A DNA stretch of 62,939 nt, counting the filler, from Octopus bimaculoides (lineage: Eukaryota), in NCBI RefSeq assembly GCF_001194135.2. It is 3 parts of 3 records of this genome, joined end to end, with 100 filler letters (N's around TTAATTAATTAA, not from the genome) between each part and the next. Parts side by side here need not be neighbours in the genome. Positions count along the whole stretch, not along the records: positions 1 to 24,764 come from NC_069004.1; 2 more parts are not named here. The stretch is one strand, 5' to 3'. The first letter of the stretch is position 1. Every line of letters begins with the position of its first letter. Of this stretch, positions 12,121 through 24,864 are shown piece after piece. Made by a program: the position numbers and the translations under genes. Below the pieces are notes generated by a model. It made no database searches. It was not told where the DNA came from and was given only the letters and a program-made list of their open reading frames with translations.

Positions 12121-13637
12121 TATATGTATGTATATGTGTATGTATTTATCTATATACGTACATTGACACACACGCGAGCATATACACACACTTACTAGGA
12201 TATTGCACAAGTGGCAAGCTTTGAGCATACTGCTTCTCATAGCAGAAACAGCTGTAAGCTGGCGCAGGTGATTACGTAACGCCTGTTTTCTTTGTCATTC
12301 ATTAATTAACATATGCTTATCTGTGTGCGAGTGTGTCTATACAATTATGCATATGTGAATGCATTAATCCTTATTGATAATGGTTAGAAACCGAATACTA
12401 TGCATTTTAATTAATTTATGCCACATTGCAAACAATAGCAATAACATTCAATAATTTCCGATATAGTTTCCATTGATTTACGAAGAATTCCTTCGAGGAA
12501 AAAACTACATTATTTTCATTCTTATTCAAGCAAAGAATAGAATATGAAGAGTACAATCCGAAAGCGAGATGCCAACCACTTCATAAAAGAACTGTTGTGT
12601 TTTTGTTAATTTTTATCTCTCTATAAATTTATTTGAGAATTAAGAACAAGAACTGGAGTATTTTCTAGTCTTTTATTCAATTTCACGGTTTATCTGTATT
12701 TGTCTGTAAGGCAAAAGCACCGAATTTAGATTAAGTTGCCCTTAGTCAGAAAGTTGAACGCTTTCGCAAAATGAGACAGACACATTTTTATTTGTTTGTG
12801 TTGGTGGAGATGGAATTTTTTTCTTTCTTTTTTTGCTTTTCTTATTTATTCTATGGAGAAATATTCATATTGAAAAACGAAACACAAACAAAACTAAACT
12901 AAACGAAAAAAATCTATAATTCATTTATATTTTTATCGATTCCTTATTTAAACATAATAACAGCAAGAAGAACAATAAAAATACTATAAAAAGAATTATG
13001 AAACTAAAAGTACAGTAAATAGTTCTAGAACAGCGTGTGTCTAATATTTTCTTACGTTCATGCAGGGATGGAGAGAAAGACTCGATACTTAGAAAAAAAG
13101 TTTGTACGGATGTTGTTAAAGTATTATTTAGACTGTAAGAGTCTCCAGGCATAAACGGAGAACCAAGTGAAGCTGAAGAATATTCGAATCCCTCTATGCA
13201 CTTGATTCTACTCTTCTATTAGAATAACAATACTATGCTGAACTATAAAACTTTATACTATACTATGTAGGTATATGTATATATATATATATATATATNN
13301 NNNNNNNNNNNNNNNNNNNNNNNNNNNNNNNNNNNNNNNNNNNNNNNNNNNNNNNNNNNNNNNNNNNNNNNNNNNNNNNNNNNNATATATATTTATATAT
13401 ATATATATACATGTATGTATATATATATAGGTATGTATATATATATATGTATGTATGTATGTATGTATTTATGTATATATAGTGGACTTGAGCATTGATT
13501 GTTGCATTAGGTGGTAACAATTCAAAGTGAATTACTGCAAGTATAGGAGACTTGCAGAATGCAACAGTAGACGGGCAAATAACAACAGGACAGTCTAAAC
13601 TCAGGATCTTCCGCGTGAAACAGTTTCATGTATGAAT

Positions 13638-13685
13638 GTTCCTGATGAGATCCACACTGCAAAATGGATGCAACGCATGTTGAAC
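13638..13685 (+). ncRNA. Degenerate hammerhead-like motif
   Basis: GTTC-CTGATGA-G-ATCCA-N10-TGGAT-GCAA-C-GCAT-GTT-GAAC: helices I and II pair, but the core GAAA reads GCAA. Confidence 0.4.
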
Positions 13686-13943
13686 GGAGTCCCATGCATA
13701 AGGGACAATAGCAGAATGGGTCGAAATGAATGACGGTTGTACAAAATGGAAATTAATACCAAATCTATCTTTTGGTTACTTAATCAATTATCATTATCTC
13801 AACTAACAGAGTGGAGTTCCTGAAGTAGATCCAACGTTAACATACCTCGACTGCAGATGGCATCAGGTAGCTCAAACTGTGCCAGTGCACTACTCAACAC
13901 TCTAGTCAACATATACATATTAGTCCAATATATATATATATAA

Positions 13944-14105
13944 GTGATAAAGGGCACTAATCAGCACCAGTATTGCTAGAAATAAGAGTCAAAACAACTG
14001 AATAATCACAGAAGCACTATCTTGTCAGCCATTAAGATAGTAGTTATTGAGTTGTTTTGACTCTCATTTCTAGCAATACTGGTGCTAATTAATGCCATTT
14101 GTCAC
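13944..14105. mobile_element. Foldback / MITE-like inverted repeat (~60-bp arms)
   Basis: CAGCACCAGTATTGCTAGAAATAAGAGTCAAAACAACT pairs with AGTTGTTTTGACTCTCATTTCTAGCAATACTGGTGCT. Confidence 0.75.
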
Positions 14106-14186
14106 TCTAGTGACGTATATATTTCTGCCCTTAGGTTGTAAAATAACGAATTAGCCAACCATATCATATATACATATATGCATATA

Positions 14187-14486
14187 TGCGAACCCATGGA
14201 AAACAAACCTCATCCAGCTATTCTGATTATATGTCTGTGCACACGTTTGAATGTGGTGTGTGCCAGAGGGTTTGCAAATCCAATGGGGGTCTTAAAAGAC
14301 ATGTTAGGATCCACAATGAGCAGAACTTACTTGCAGGTATTGGTAGTGCAAATCAGAGGTGCAATCTGTGTGGGTGTTTTTTCAAAACACTGTCTGGTTT
14401 AAAAAGCCACATCAGACGCCATGAAAGGGCTAAGGTGTAGGTGCAGGAGGTGGTCAAACTCTGTTTAAGGAGTAGACAACCACCAT
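14187..14486 (+). mobile_element. 5'-truncated LINE 3' end encoding two C2H2 zinc fingers
   Basis: CGVCQRVCKSNGGLKRHVRIH and CNLCGCFFKTLSGLKSHIRRH; three differences from the copy at 20168-20567 over ~300 bp. Confidence 0.8.
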
Positions 14487-15171
14487 NNNNNNNNNNNNNN
14501 NNNNNNNNNNNNNNNNNNNNNNNNNNNNNNNNNNNNNNNNNNNNNNNNNNNNNNNNNNNNNNNNNNNNNNNNNNNNNNNNNNNNNNNNNNNNNNNNNNNN
14601 NNNNNNNNNNNNNNNNNNNNNNNNNNNNNNNNNNNNNNNNNNNNNNNNNNNNNNNNNNNNNNNNNNNNNNNNNNNNNNNNNNNNNNNNNNNNNNNNNNNN
14701 NNNNNNNNNNNNNNNNNNNNNNNNNNNNNNNNNNNNNNNNNNNNNNNNNNNNNNNNNNNNNNNNNNNNNNNNNNNNNNNNNNNNNNNNNNNNNNNNNNNN
14801 NNNNNNNNNNNNNNNNNNNNNNNNNNNNNNNNNNNNNNNNNNNNNNNNNNNNNNNNNNNNNNNNNNNNNNNNNNNNNNNNNNNNNNNNNNNNNNNNNNNN
14901 NNNNNNNNNNNNNNNNNNNNNNNNNNNNTATTTATATTTACATATATATATATATAGGTTATGAGCGACAGTGGTGTCAATTAGACCCAGAGGTTTCAGG
15001 TAATGCCGAGTAAGTACTATGGATGAACTATAGTTAAGCTCCAGGTTCGGTGATTATGCGAATAAGGGGTCCGACGTAGATCAACTACCAGCGTGTGTAT
15101 ACAAGGATTTATTTTTCGTAATGAGATAAAAGAAACCAAGGCTGTATGCATTATTGAACATTTATAGATAA

Positions 15172-15219
15172 GTCTTACAGCTGTTTTCAGGATATTTATT
15201 ATATCCCTTCATTGGAGAC
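15172..15219 (-). ncRNA. Hammerhead-like motif (variant core)
   Basis: GTCT-CCAATGA-AG-GGATAT-AATAA-ATATCC-T-GAAA-ACAGCTGTA-AGAC; helix I GTCT/AGAC, palindromic ACAGCTGT. Confidence 0.4.
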
Positions 15220-15409
15220 GGTGTGAGAGGATGATAAAGCAATAGTTAATTTAGATAAGATAGGAAATAGAGAGTGAATGCAGGGATATTGTATTTGTAA
15301 ATCCATTGTTTCTGCCTAAACAATGGATTTACAAATACAATATCCCTGCATTCACTCTCTATTTCCTATCTTATCTATAATAACTATTGCTTAACCATCC
15401 TCCCACACC

Positions 15410-15457
15410 GTCTCCGACGAAGGTATTTAATAAATATCTTGGAAACAGCTGTAACCC
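15410..15457 (+). ncRNA. Hammerhead-like motif (variant core)
   Basis: GTCT-CCGACGA-AGGTATTTAATAAATATCTTG-GAAA-CAGCTG-TA; CCGACGA differs from CTGANGA at one position. Confidence 0.4.
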
Positions 15458-15904
15458 TATTTATAAATGTTCAATAATGCATACAACCTTGGTTTTTTTA
15501 AATCTCATTACGAAAAATAAATCCTTGTATATATATATATATGGATACATAAATCTGTAAATCTGTAAATATATATTTGCTTCGTATTTAAACATATTAT
15601 GATGCGGGTGAATATGTGCCTGCTTTCTAAGATGGCGGCTGTGTCTGATTGTATATGCGTATATATGTCAATGTAGATATATATGTGTACGCCTGTTTGT
15701 GCGTGTATGATTGTGCTTATGACTGTGTGTGCACGTATGTGCATATGCACGTGTGTATGTTTGTCTATGGTTGTCTATGTGTGTACGTGTGTCTCTGTCT
15801 GCATATATGTGCGTTTGTATCTGTGTACATGTGTGTGTGTGTGTGTGTGTGTGAGTGTGTGAGTGTGTGTGTGTTTGTGTGTGAGTGTGTGAGTGTGTGT
15901 GTGT

Positions 15905-15935
<31 letters not shown>

Positions 15936-16809
15936 NNNNNNNNNNNNNNNNNNNNNNNNNNNNNNNNNNNNNNNNNNNNNNNNNNNNNNNNNNNNNNNNN
16001 NNNNNNNNNNNNNNNNNNNNNNNNNNNNNNNNNNNNNNNNNNNNNNNNNNNNNNNNNNNNNNNNNNNNNNNNNNNNNNNNNNNNNNNNNNNNNNNNNNNN
16101 NNNNNNNNNNNNNNNNNNNNNNNNNNNNNNNNNNNNNNNNNNNNNNNNNNNNNNNNNNNNNNNNNNNNNNNNNNNNNNNNNNNNNNNNNNNNNNNNNNNN
16201 NNNNNNNNNNNNNNNNNNNNNNNNNNNNNNNNNNNNNNNNNNNNNNNNNNNNNNNNNNNNNNNNNNNNNNNNNNNNNNNNNNNNNNNNNNNNNNNNNNNN
16301 NNNNNNNNNNNNNNNNNNNNNNNNNNNNNNNNNNNNNNNNNNNNNNNNNNNNNNNNNNNNNNNNNNNNNNNNNNNNNNNNNNNNNNNNNNNNNNNNNNNN
16401 NNNNNNNNNNNNNNNNNNNNNNNNNNNNNNNNNNNNNNNNNNNNNNNNNNNNNNNNNNNNNNNNNNNNNNNNNNNNNNNNNNNNNNNNNNNNNNNNNNNN
16501 NNNNNNNNNNNNNNNNNNNNNNNNNNNNNNNNNNNNNNNNNNNNNNNNNNNNNNNNNNNNNNNNNNNNNNNNNNNNNNNNNNNNNNNNNNNNNNNNNNNN
16601 NNNNNNNNNNNNNNNNNNNNNNNNNNNNNNNNNNNNNNNNNNNNNNNNNNNNNNNNNNNNNNNNNNNNNNNNNNNNNNNNNNNNNNNNNNNNNNNNNNNN
16701 NNNNNNNNNNNNNNNNNNNNNNNNNNNNNNNNNNNNNNNNNNNNNNNNNNNNNNNNNNNNNNNNNNNNNNNNNNNNNNNNNNNNNNNNNNNNNNNNNNNN
16801 NNNNNNNNN

Positions 16810-16936
16810 TCCTCCCATCCCCTCGTTGTCATCTCCCTCCACTTCATCTTCCTCCTCCTCCTCCTCCTCCTCCCCTTTTCCTCCTCGACTCGACTCCTCC
16901 CTCCTCCTCCTCCCTCCTCCTCTTTCTCCTTCTCCA

Positions 16937-16974
<38 letters not shown>

Positions 16975-17187
16975 CCATCATCATGGTCGTCGTCGTCGTT
17001 GCGGCCATCATCTTTGCAATCGTCATCGTTGGAGTTGTCAGCGTTGCGGTCATCAGCGTTGCGATCATTGTCATCCCCTTCTTCATAGTTGTCACTGTCG
17101 TCGTCTGTCATCAACCTTATCATCACCATCATCATCATCACCATCATGATCATTATCATCATCACCATCACAATCACCATCATCAAC

Positions 17188-17228
<41 letters not shown>

Positions 17229-17386
17229 CATGATCAGGATCAGCATCATCGTCAGTAATCATCATCATTACAATTTTCGTCATCCTCATCACCATCACCA
17301 TCATGATCATGATCATCATCATTATCATCATCATCATCACCATCATTATCATCCTCATCACCATCACCATGATTATGATGATGATG

Positions 17387-17419
<33 letters not shown>

Positions 17420-17420
17420 T
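16810..17420. repeat. (CCT)n and degenerate (CAT)n arrays
   Basis: Read directly. Confidence 0.95.
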
Positions 17421-17930
17421 TAATTATTATCATACTAGCTTCTCCGCGGTCAAGTACAAGTGCTGCATGCTGTGCTACCTGAATCCAGGCAGTTATGTAC
17501 TGACTGCGTTTTTGCTTTTTTCCTAATTTTCCCACCAAACTTTGCCCACTTCTTTGTGGAAAGGAGCAGCGGACATTTGTATTAGTTACGGGTTTGGTAA
17601 CGCTAAGCTTTGATCTGTAGAAATGCAATATTATTACCAGTTCGAACTCGCAAACAAGCCATTCACTATGTTTTGTGATGGAGAGAATTTCTCACTGTAG
17701 ACAAATGGTGTAATTACACTTAAAGTCAACTCACAGCGCCATGTATCCAAACTGTGAGATGTAAACATTTCGGAGTGGTTATCTCCTCTTCAGTCACAGA
17801 AACCGGACAGTGGCGCTGCGAACTGATAAGAAAGACAATATCTCTTACGTTATTCCAATCGTCGTACGTCGGCTGGTAGTGTTAATCGGAGACACATCGT
17901 GAATAAATTACGAGCTGTATTGTCTATAAT

Positions 17931-18087
17931 TGCAATGTTATTACCAGTTCGAATACGCCAGTGGCAGGTTCGAACCCATGAAGAGGCTACTCGCTGTGTT
18001 TTGTCATAGAGAAAATTTTTCGCTGGTGGCACTGTGAGCTGAGTTCGAACCTACCACTAGCATATTCGTACTGGTAATAACATTGCA
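17931..18087. mobile_element. MITE with ~45-bp TIRs; related partial copy at ~17624-17700
   Basis: TGCAATGTTATTACCAGTTCGAATACGCCAGTGGCAGGTTCGAAC pairs with GTTCGAACCTACCACTAGCATATTCGTACTGGTAATAACATTGCA. Confidence 0.75.
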
Positions 18088-18802
18088 TTTGTATTAGTAC
18101 CACCACAGTGTTGCGAAAAGCCGATAACAACAGTTGAGATACGACGTGTGGTGAGTGGATTGTGCGAGGAGTAAACCACGTGGTACAATTATTTGGTGAT
18201 AATAAATGACGGACATCTTGAGAACTCTCACCTACGTTCCCAATACTTATCATTGGTTCTTCCTAATTATTTTACAGCAATGTTTTAAACTACTTTAAAA
18301 CTGGGTTAATTATAAAACTTACGTTGTTATTCCGTTATTAATTACACTTTTAGATGTGTCTGTGTTGTATCAGACGGTTTGTTTGGAAATATTAAATTCA
18401 CATTATAATTATGTGCGTTGTTCTGCTACTATTGATCGATTAGTTTCACTTTTAAGTTTAAATAAATATATTCCTGTGTAGCGTATTTTAGTAACCACGG
18501 TGATGTGAGTGAAGGCGAGTAGCCAAGTGGTTAGAGTGTGTATGTATGTGTGCTCGAGTTGTATCTTTGTGTTTGTACTCCATCACCACTTGACAGTCGG
18601 TGATGATACGTTTCTGTCGCCGTAACTTAGCGGTTCGGCAGAAAAGACGGATAGAATAAATGTCAGGATTAAAAATTTTTTTTAAATAAGTAGTGGGGTC
18701 CATCCATCTGACTAGAATTATTCAACAGAGTGCCCCAGGATGTGTGAAGCGAGTAGAAAAGAAAATATATCACGTTAAATATATTATATCACATTCATAG
18801 TA

Positions 18803-18856
<54 letters not shown>

Positions 18857-19169
18857 CGTCTGTCTGTCTGTCTCTTTCTCTCTCTCTCTCTCTCCATATA
18901 TATATCGGCGTCCTCAGTTTTATCACGTATCCAAGTATTTATTTCCTTCTTTACTGAACGCTTCCCGTATGATGATGACATTATGCTGAGATCCTTTTCT
19001 TCAGTGACCATCTTAACATGATAATGTCTGAAGCCAATAGTCAAGAAAGAGTTTGGAGATGAACCTATTGGCAAATGGCTGCATGAGACTGTATATAACA
19101 ATAACTGCTTTTTTTACATGCCTTAAGCACATTGTGCTCTTCTCCTACCAATAAATTTGAATTGATTTG

Positions 19170-19230
<61 letters not shown>

Positions 19231-19816
19231 AGTCCATGTTTGTCCCTCACCACTGCTTCACAATCGGTGCTGATGTGTTTATTTCCGCGTAACCTAGCGT
19301 TCGGTAAAAGAAACTAATAAAATAAGCACCAAGCTGAAAGAAATAAGTACTGCGGTCGATTCATTCTTCAAGGCGGTGCCCCAGCATGTCCGCAGTCTAA
19401 TGACTGCAACAATTAATAGAAAAAAGATCTTAACATTTCTAGTCATAGATAATCATGTGTTTCGCCATTTCATTCTTATTAGAAATCATCAGTATGACAT
19501 AACGAGAGGCAAATAAGTAATTAAACTAGATTAAACATAGTACAATGCGCATCAATTCTATGAAAAGTCTTTACAGTCTGGAAGACATTCATTGAACGTG
19601 GCTGTTTCTTTTCATTTCTGTTTTCATAGAGCCTTAGGAAAAATCGGCGGTCTGGTTTCGATTCATATATGAAGCTATTTAACTTGAACTAATAATGTAT
19701 GCCAACTACTGTACCATCATTACATTTATTCAATTCAGTTCACTACTTTATATAACTCCTTAAACTTTCTGACGCTTTGTTACTGTAATAAATCCCCATG
19801 TTCAATATATTGGCAC

Positions 19817-19859
<43 letters not shown>

Positions 19860-19869
19860 NNNNNNNNNN

Positions 19870-19910
<41 letters not shown>

Positions 19911-20167
19911 ATCGCACGCACGCACACATATGCTCGCACGCACGCACACACACATATATACATAAATATATAAATGTGTAAGATATATGCATATGTATTG
20001 TATACATACGTTTGTAGGTATAAATATATATATATACATATTTACACATACACACACACATATGCATACACATATACATACTTATACATACATAAATACA
20101 TATATATATATATATATACACATATTTATGTATATATATGTATGTATGTATGTATGTATATATATAT

Positions 20168-20563
20168 AAAAAAAATGTAAAGACTGAGAAGGTGAATGAC
20201 AAGGACCTTTTTGTGTGCACAGTCTGTGACAGACCATGTCTGTCCTTGGCTGGCCTCAAATCTCACCTGCGAACCCATGGAAAACAAACCTCACCCAGCT
20301 ATTCTGATTATATGTCTGTGCACACGTTTGAATGTGGTGTGTGCCAGAGGGTTTGCAAATCCAATGGGGGTCTTAAAAGACATGTTAAGATCCACAATGA
20401 GCAGAACTTACTTGCAGGTATTGGTAGTGCAAATCAGAGGTGCAATCTGTGTGGGTGTTTTTTCAAAACACTGTCTGGTTTAAAAAGCCACATCAGACGC
20501 CATGAAAGGGCTAAGGTGTAGGTGCAGGAGGTGGTCAAACTCTGTTTAAGGAGTGGACAACCA

Positions 20564-20567
<4 letters not shown>
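20168..20567 (+). mobile_element. 5'-truncated LINE 3' end encoding three C2H2 zinc fingers, with 46-nt 3' UTR and (AT)n tail
   Basis: CTVCDRPCLSLAGLKSHLRTH / CGVCQRVCKSNGGLKRHVKIH / CNLCGCFFKTLSGLKSHIRRH, stop at 20519-20521; both ends embedded in TA repeats. RTE-clade assignment is from memory. Confidence 0.8.
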
Positions 20568-20627
<60 letters not shown>

Positions 20628-21483
20628 ATGTATATATACATGTATTTACGTATTTGAAACATTTAATAGATACTCGAAGCAAGAAGCCATAACACTTATT
20701 TAAAGCAGCACATAAAATTCTAGCGATGTTTTCTCTAAATTTCTCAACTCTGGTTGCGTTCACTTCAATTCACTCAGCCGTTATTTTAAAGGTTCCACGA
20801 ATGTTTAAGAATTTGGCAAGCACTTTAATTTTCGATTTCTTCTTAAGAAAAAATCCCTGAATTCTGGCAAAAACATGTTCGTAGTAATAGCGTTATCGTA
20901 ATATACTCTGCTTTAGTGTCTACTTTGGCAATGAAAGTATAGTCGTAGGAAAGTTACGTTAATATTCTGGTTTTAAAAAAAAAGACCATTTTCATTTTCT
21001 TGAAGTCTATAGTAATTGTTGAAATTTATTGATTCTTTAAATTGTATTTAGAATTCATTCGATATTCGTTTGAACGCAACATTGCACAAGTGTAGAAGAC
21101 TCCAGTAGACTTTAGTATTATACCTTTACAATATAAATCTATGTGGGTTAGCAAATGTTTGTAGTATCCTACTTCATAGAGTTACGTTGCAAAAAGCTGT
21201 GTAGTTCTCTTAACCTCTTCTCAATAAAGAACTATTTAATTTGATCTCTGTCAGTACTGACTCACTAGAATGTACATTGAAGATTCTGCCATTCTATTAC
21301 TATAGATGTGATGATGAAACATAGACATGGCTGCCTGGTTAACAACTTTGTTCGATGATCATGTGTGTACGGGTTCGATTCCATTGAAGATTACATTAAA
21401 ATAATGTCTTACGATAGATTCTGCTATACAGACACAGCTTACCTGTCACCCATTTTGAGCAGAATGACCTTCGATACCCCTGT

Positions 21484-21955
21484 TCTCTGCAGCATTGGCT
21501 CAAAAACATACAGGAGAGTCAATAGAAGGTACCTGTGATGAACAGAGAATCCGTTGCTCAAAGCCTTCGAGATGTGGATATTTGGCCACCGGGCAGATGT
21601 TTCTGTACATTATTGCGATTCAGCCTCTGAAGACGGGATCAAAACCAAATGCCTTTAGGTCAGAATACAAATATTAATGAGCGACCCTGTTGAAAGCTTT
21701 GGACTGATACAAATTAATCAGATCTATTGCCGATCTGCTCTGTTACATATCGCATTAAGCTGAGGTTGTTGTGGATAGGTCTTTGGGATGGCACAGATTT
21801 GCGTGTCTCAGACAACATTACCCACGACAAGCGCCAACGTCTTAGCAAACACCTTTGCCAAAAGCTTTTACTCTGTGTTAAGAGGAAATGTGAGCTTGAA
21901 TTTTTCTATCATGTTCATCTTGCGCGGATCCTTCTTCAACTGAATCACCACTGAC
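21484..21955 (-). mobile_element. Decayed Tx1/L1-clade reverse transcriptase
   Basis: Manual minus-strand translation across stops and frameshifts: LKKDPRK..PLNTE*KLLAKVFAKTLALVV..QICAIP / RPIHNNLSLMRY / LINLYQSKAFNRVAH*YL..LKAFGF..FRG*IAIMY / EPMLQR. Confidence 0.75.
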
Positions 21956-23814
21956 TAAATCAGTTCGTTGATAAATGTAGAAGCTCACCTTCTACATTCT
22001 CGGATAAAATCAGCTTTTCATGGCACTCTACCACCTTGTTTCTCTACCCTCTTGCTTGAAAATTGCAGCAAACCCTCGAGGTAGGCCCGAAAGCTCCTGC
22101 GTCTTTAGCCTGCAACATATCAGTAATAGTTTGGCAAAATGCTGCTGGAAAACCATACAACCATACTCATACGCATATTAATAAGCAAGTGAATGTAATA
22201 AAATTAAACACGCAGAAAGGATGGAGAAAACCAGAATAGAGTATGACAGTGAACCCACTTTTATATTAAAATGTTAATTCAGTGCTAGAGGTAAGATAAC
22301 TGCTAGCAATATGCTAGCATTCCCTATTATTCTCTACAGCTTAAACCTAATAATTTGAAAGTAAATTGAAAATTTAGGCAGAAATACGAAAAGATTCTTG
22401 ACTGGTTTCCAAAGCCAGTACATAGAGAATATACGATCTCCAACACAAGAGTGATGAGTTTGATACACGAAATAATGAGCTGTTATAAACCAATGCTAGT
22501 GGGTTTCATAAGGCGGTAATTAACACATAAAAGGAAACTAATTCGTGTAATAGAAGATGAAGAAAATGACTTAACAGTAAATATGGGAAAACAAGAAAGC
22601 ACAAACAAGATGTTAATTAGATATGAAGAAAATTACTTAGAAGCAAAGCAAGAGAAATTGTTATATTCTTCAACTCCTGAACATGTTTCAGCTTAAAAGC
22701 TGTAGTCATGCTGGGGCACCAAAATACAAAATTAAAAACGAATCTTAGAATATATCAAAGAAAAATCGAGAGAAAAACCAGTCCAGGGCCCCACTCCTTG
22801 CAAGACTCAGCAGAGAGAAAATAATGCAGAGTGAAAGCCAACACTAGTTCAATGGCTTTAACGGTTCCGACGTCAAAACCTCCCAACAGAGATAGCAAGT
22901 GGTATAACCATGTAATAAGGTTATAAGCTCTAATAAAAACGTTAAGAAGCATGTCACAATCATCTCAACTCTCTCTCTCTATATATATATCTGTGTGTAA
23001 CCACCACTTAACAACCGGAGTTGGTGTGTTTATGTCTACGTAACTTAGAGGATCGGCTAAAGTGTCCCATAAAATAAGAGTCAGGTCAGAAAAAAAAAAC
23101 AGGGTCGGTTCATTAAACTACAATTCTGCGAGGCTGTGCACCAATATACTTGCAATATAATGTCTGAAACGAGTAAAAGAAATATGTGTTTAAGAAGCTA
23201 GCTTTGCAATCATGTAGATCTAGGTTCAATCCTATAAAGCAGCACCATGACCAAGTGCCAAGTATCAACACCCTACTACTTTATATATATAGAAAATCCA
23301 GTGTCGCTTGCAGCGAGACTTGCATTCTTTAACAAATACCATCAGGCATTCTACCAATTCTACCAACATTTCGCCCCCTTACAGTAATAAAATATTGCTA
23401 TATTTTGCGAACTGTTAGCTTTTAAAACGACTAACGCCCAGACGAAATTTATTGATTTTAGTTTTAGTGACCTGGTTTATGGCAAACTTACGTTACCCGA
23501 GGCTGTTATAGTTCAGCTATTATACTCCCCGACGACTTTATTATAGTTTCGCTATCATACCACATGCTAATAATTCATCAGAAAAGAAGCTGAAAGTTTA
23601 TTGATGCTCAAGTATACCTGAGGCAAAAATTATGAAAAATAATGAGAACTGCGGCGGCTAGAAAAGGCCGCTTTAAGACATACGTGTTGTTGCTCTACTT
23701 AGGATAATGCAACCTCTAATAATAATAGAGATGTGTCGACACGTGTGGCGCTTTCAAATGTGATTTAAGATTCAATTAGTGTCTGCAATAGTTAGGAAAA
23801 TACTGATTAGAGTA

Positions 23815-23938
23815 TGTATGTATGTATGTATGTATGTATGTATGTATGTATGTGTATGTATGTATGTATGTATGTATGTATGTATGTGAGAATGTATGTG
23901 TGGCTACATATATATATAGTTATATACATAGATAGACA

Positions 23939-24011
<73 letters not shown>

Positions 24012-24012
24012 G
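23815..24012. repeat. (TATG)n and (TA)n microsatellites
   Basis: Read directly. Confidence 0.95.
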
Positions 24013-24540
24013 TATATGTATATACACACATATATACACGTCTATATATATGTATATTTATTATATGTACACATATATGTATGTATACCATATATTTTAT
24101 ATATAGACATATATTTAAGTACGTATGCTATATATATTATATACATATAAATTATATATGTAAATATGTGTATGTGTGTGTGTAGTTGTAAATATTATAC
24201 GGATGTGTACATTCGAATACATTTGTATGTATGCATAACTATGTATATTAAATGTGTGTGTCTATTCGTCGCTATACGTAGGAATACACTATACAAGCAA
24301 CCATACACATACACAGAAATTACATTCACACACATACACACATACAGATACTAAATTCACGCACACAAACGCACACACACACGTCCGCGCATGCACACAC
24401 GCGTATATACTTATATTTCTAGGAAAAGAAAGAAAGAAACAAGGAATGAATACAGAAATGTATATCGTTGGATATGTGATACATTACATCGTAGAAACAA
24501 ACGTGTATCTATACACGTATGGTTATTTGTATATGTGCAC

Positions 24541-24578
<38 letters not shown>

Positions 24579-24694
24579 ATATGTATATATATAGTTATAT
24601 ATATACACACACATATATATGAATGTATATATATGTGTGTCTGTGTATCTAAATATGTATATATATATATATGTACATGTATGTGTATATATAC

Positions 24695-24764
<70 letters not shown>

Positions 24765-24864
24765 NNNNNNNNNNNNNNNNNNNNNNNNNNNNNNNNNNNN
24801 NNNNNNNNTTAATTAATTAANNNNNNNNNNNNNNNNNNNNNNNNNNNNNNNNNNNNNNNNNNNN
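24765..24864. other. Synthetic 100-bp scaffold-join spacer N44-TTAATTAATTAA-N44
   Basis: Exactly 44+12+44 bases; the 12-mer has stops in all six frames; identical structure at 47652-47751. Confidence 0.9.

Larger units (their letters stand above)
15098..15531. mobile_element. 434-bp foldback element, probably head-to-head Penelope-like pseudo-LTRs
   Basis: Arms pair end to end; the inner 60 bp are perfect (15252-15311/15318-15377) around loop CTGCCT; each arm has a hammerhead-like motif. Confidence 0.8.

Noticed and set aside
20138-20521. Host C2H2 zinc-finger gene
   Set aside because: The start codon comes from a microsatellite, there are no TGEKP linkers, it is duplicated with a different 5' truncation, and it ends in a repeat tail, so it is a LINE end.
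22526-22696. Acidic open frame HKRKLIRVIEDEENDL..
   Set aside because: Short, A-rich, with no splice signals or recognisable motif.
23535-23590. Minus-strand CTGATGA..GAAA hammerhead candidate
   Set aside because: The helix II closing pair is mismatched and there is no convincing helix I or III.
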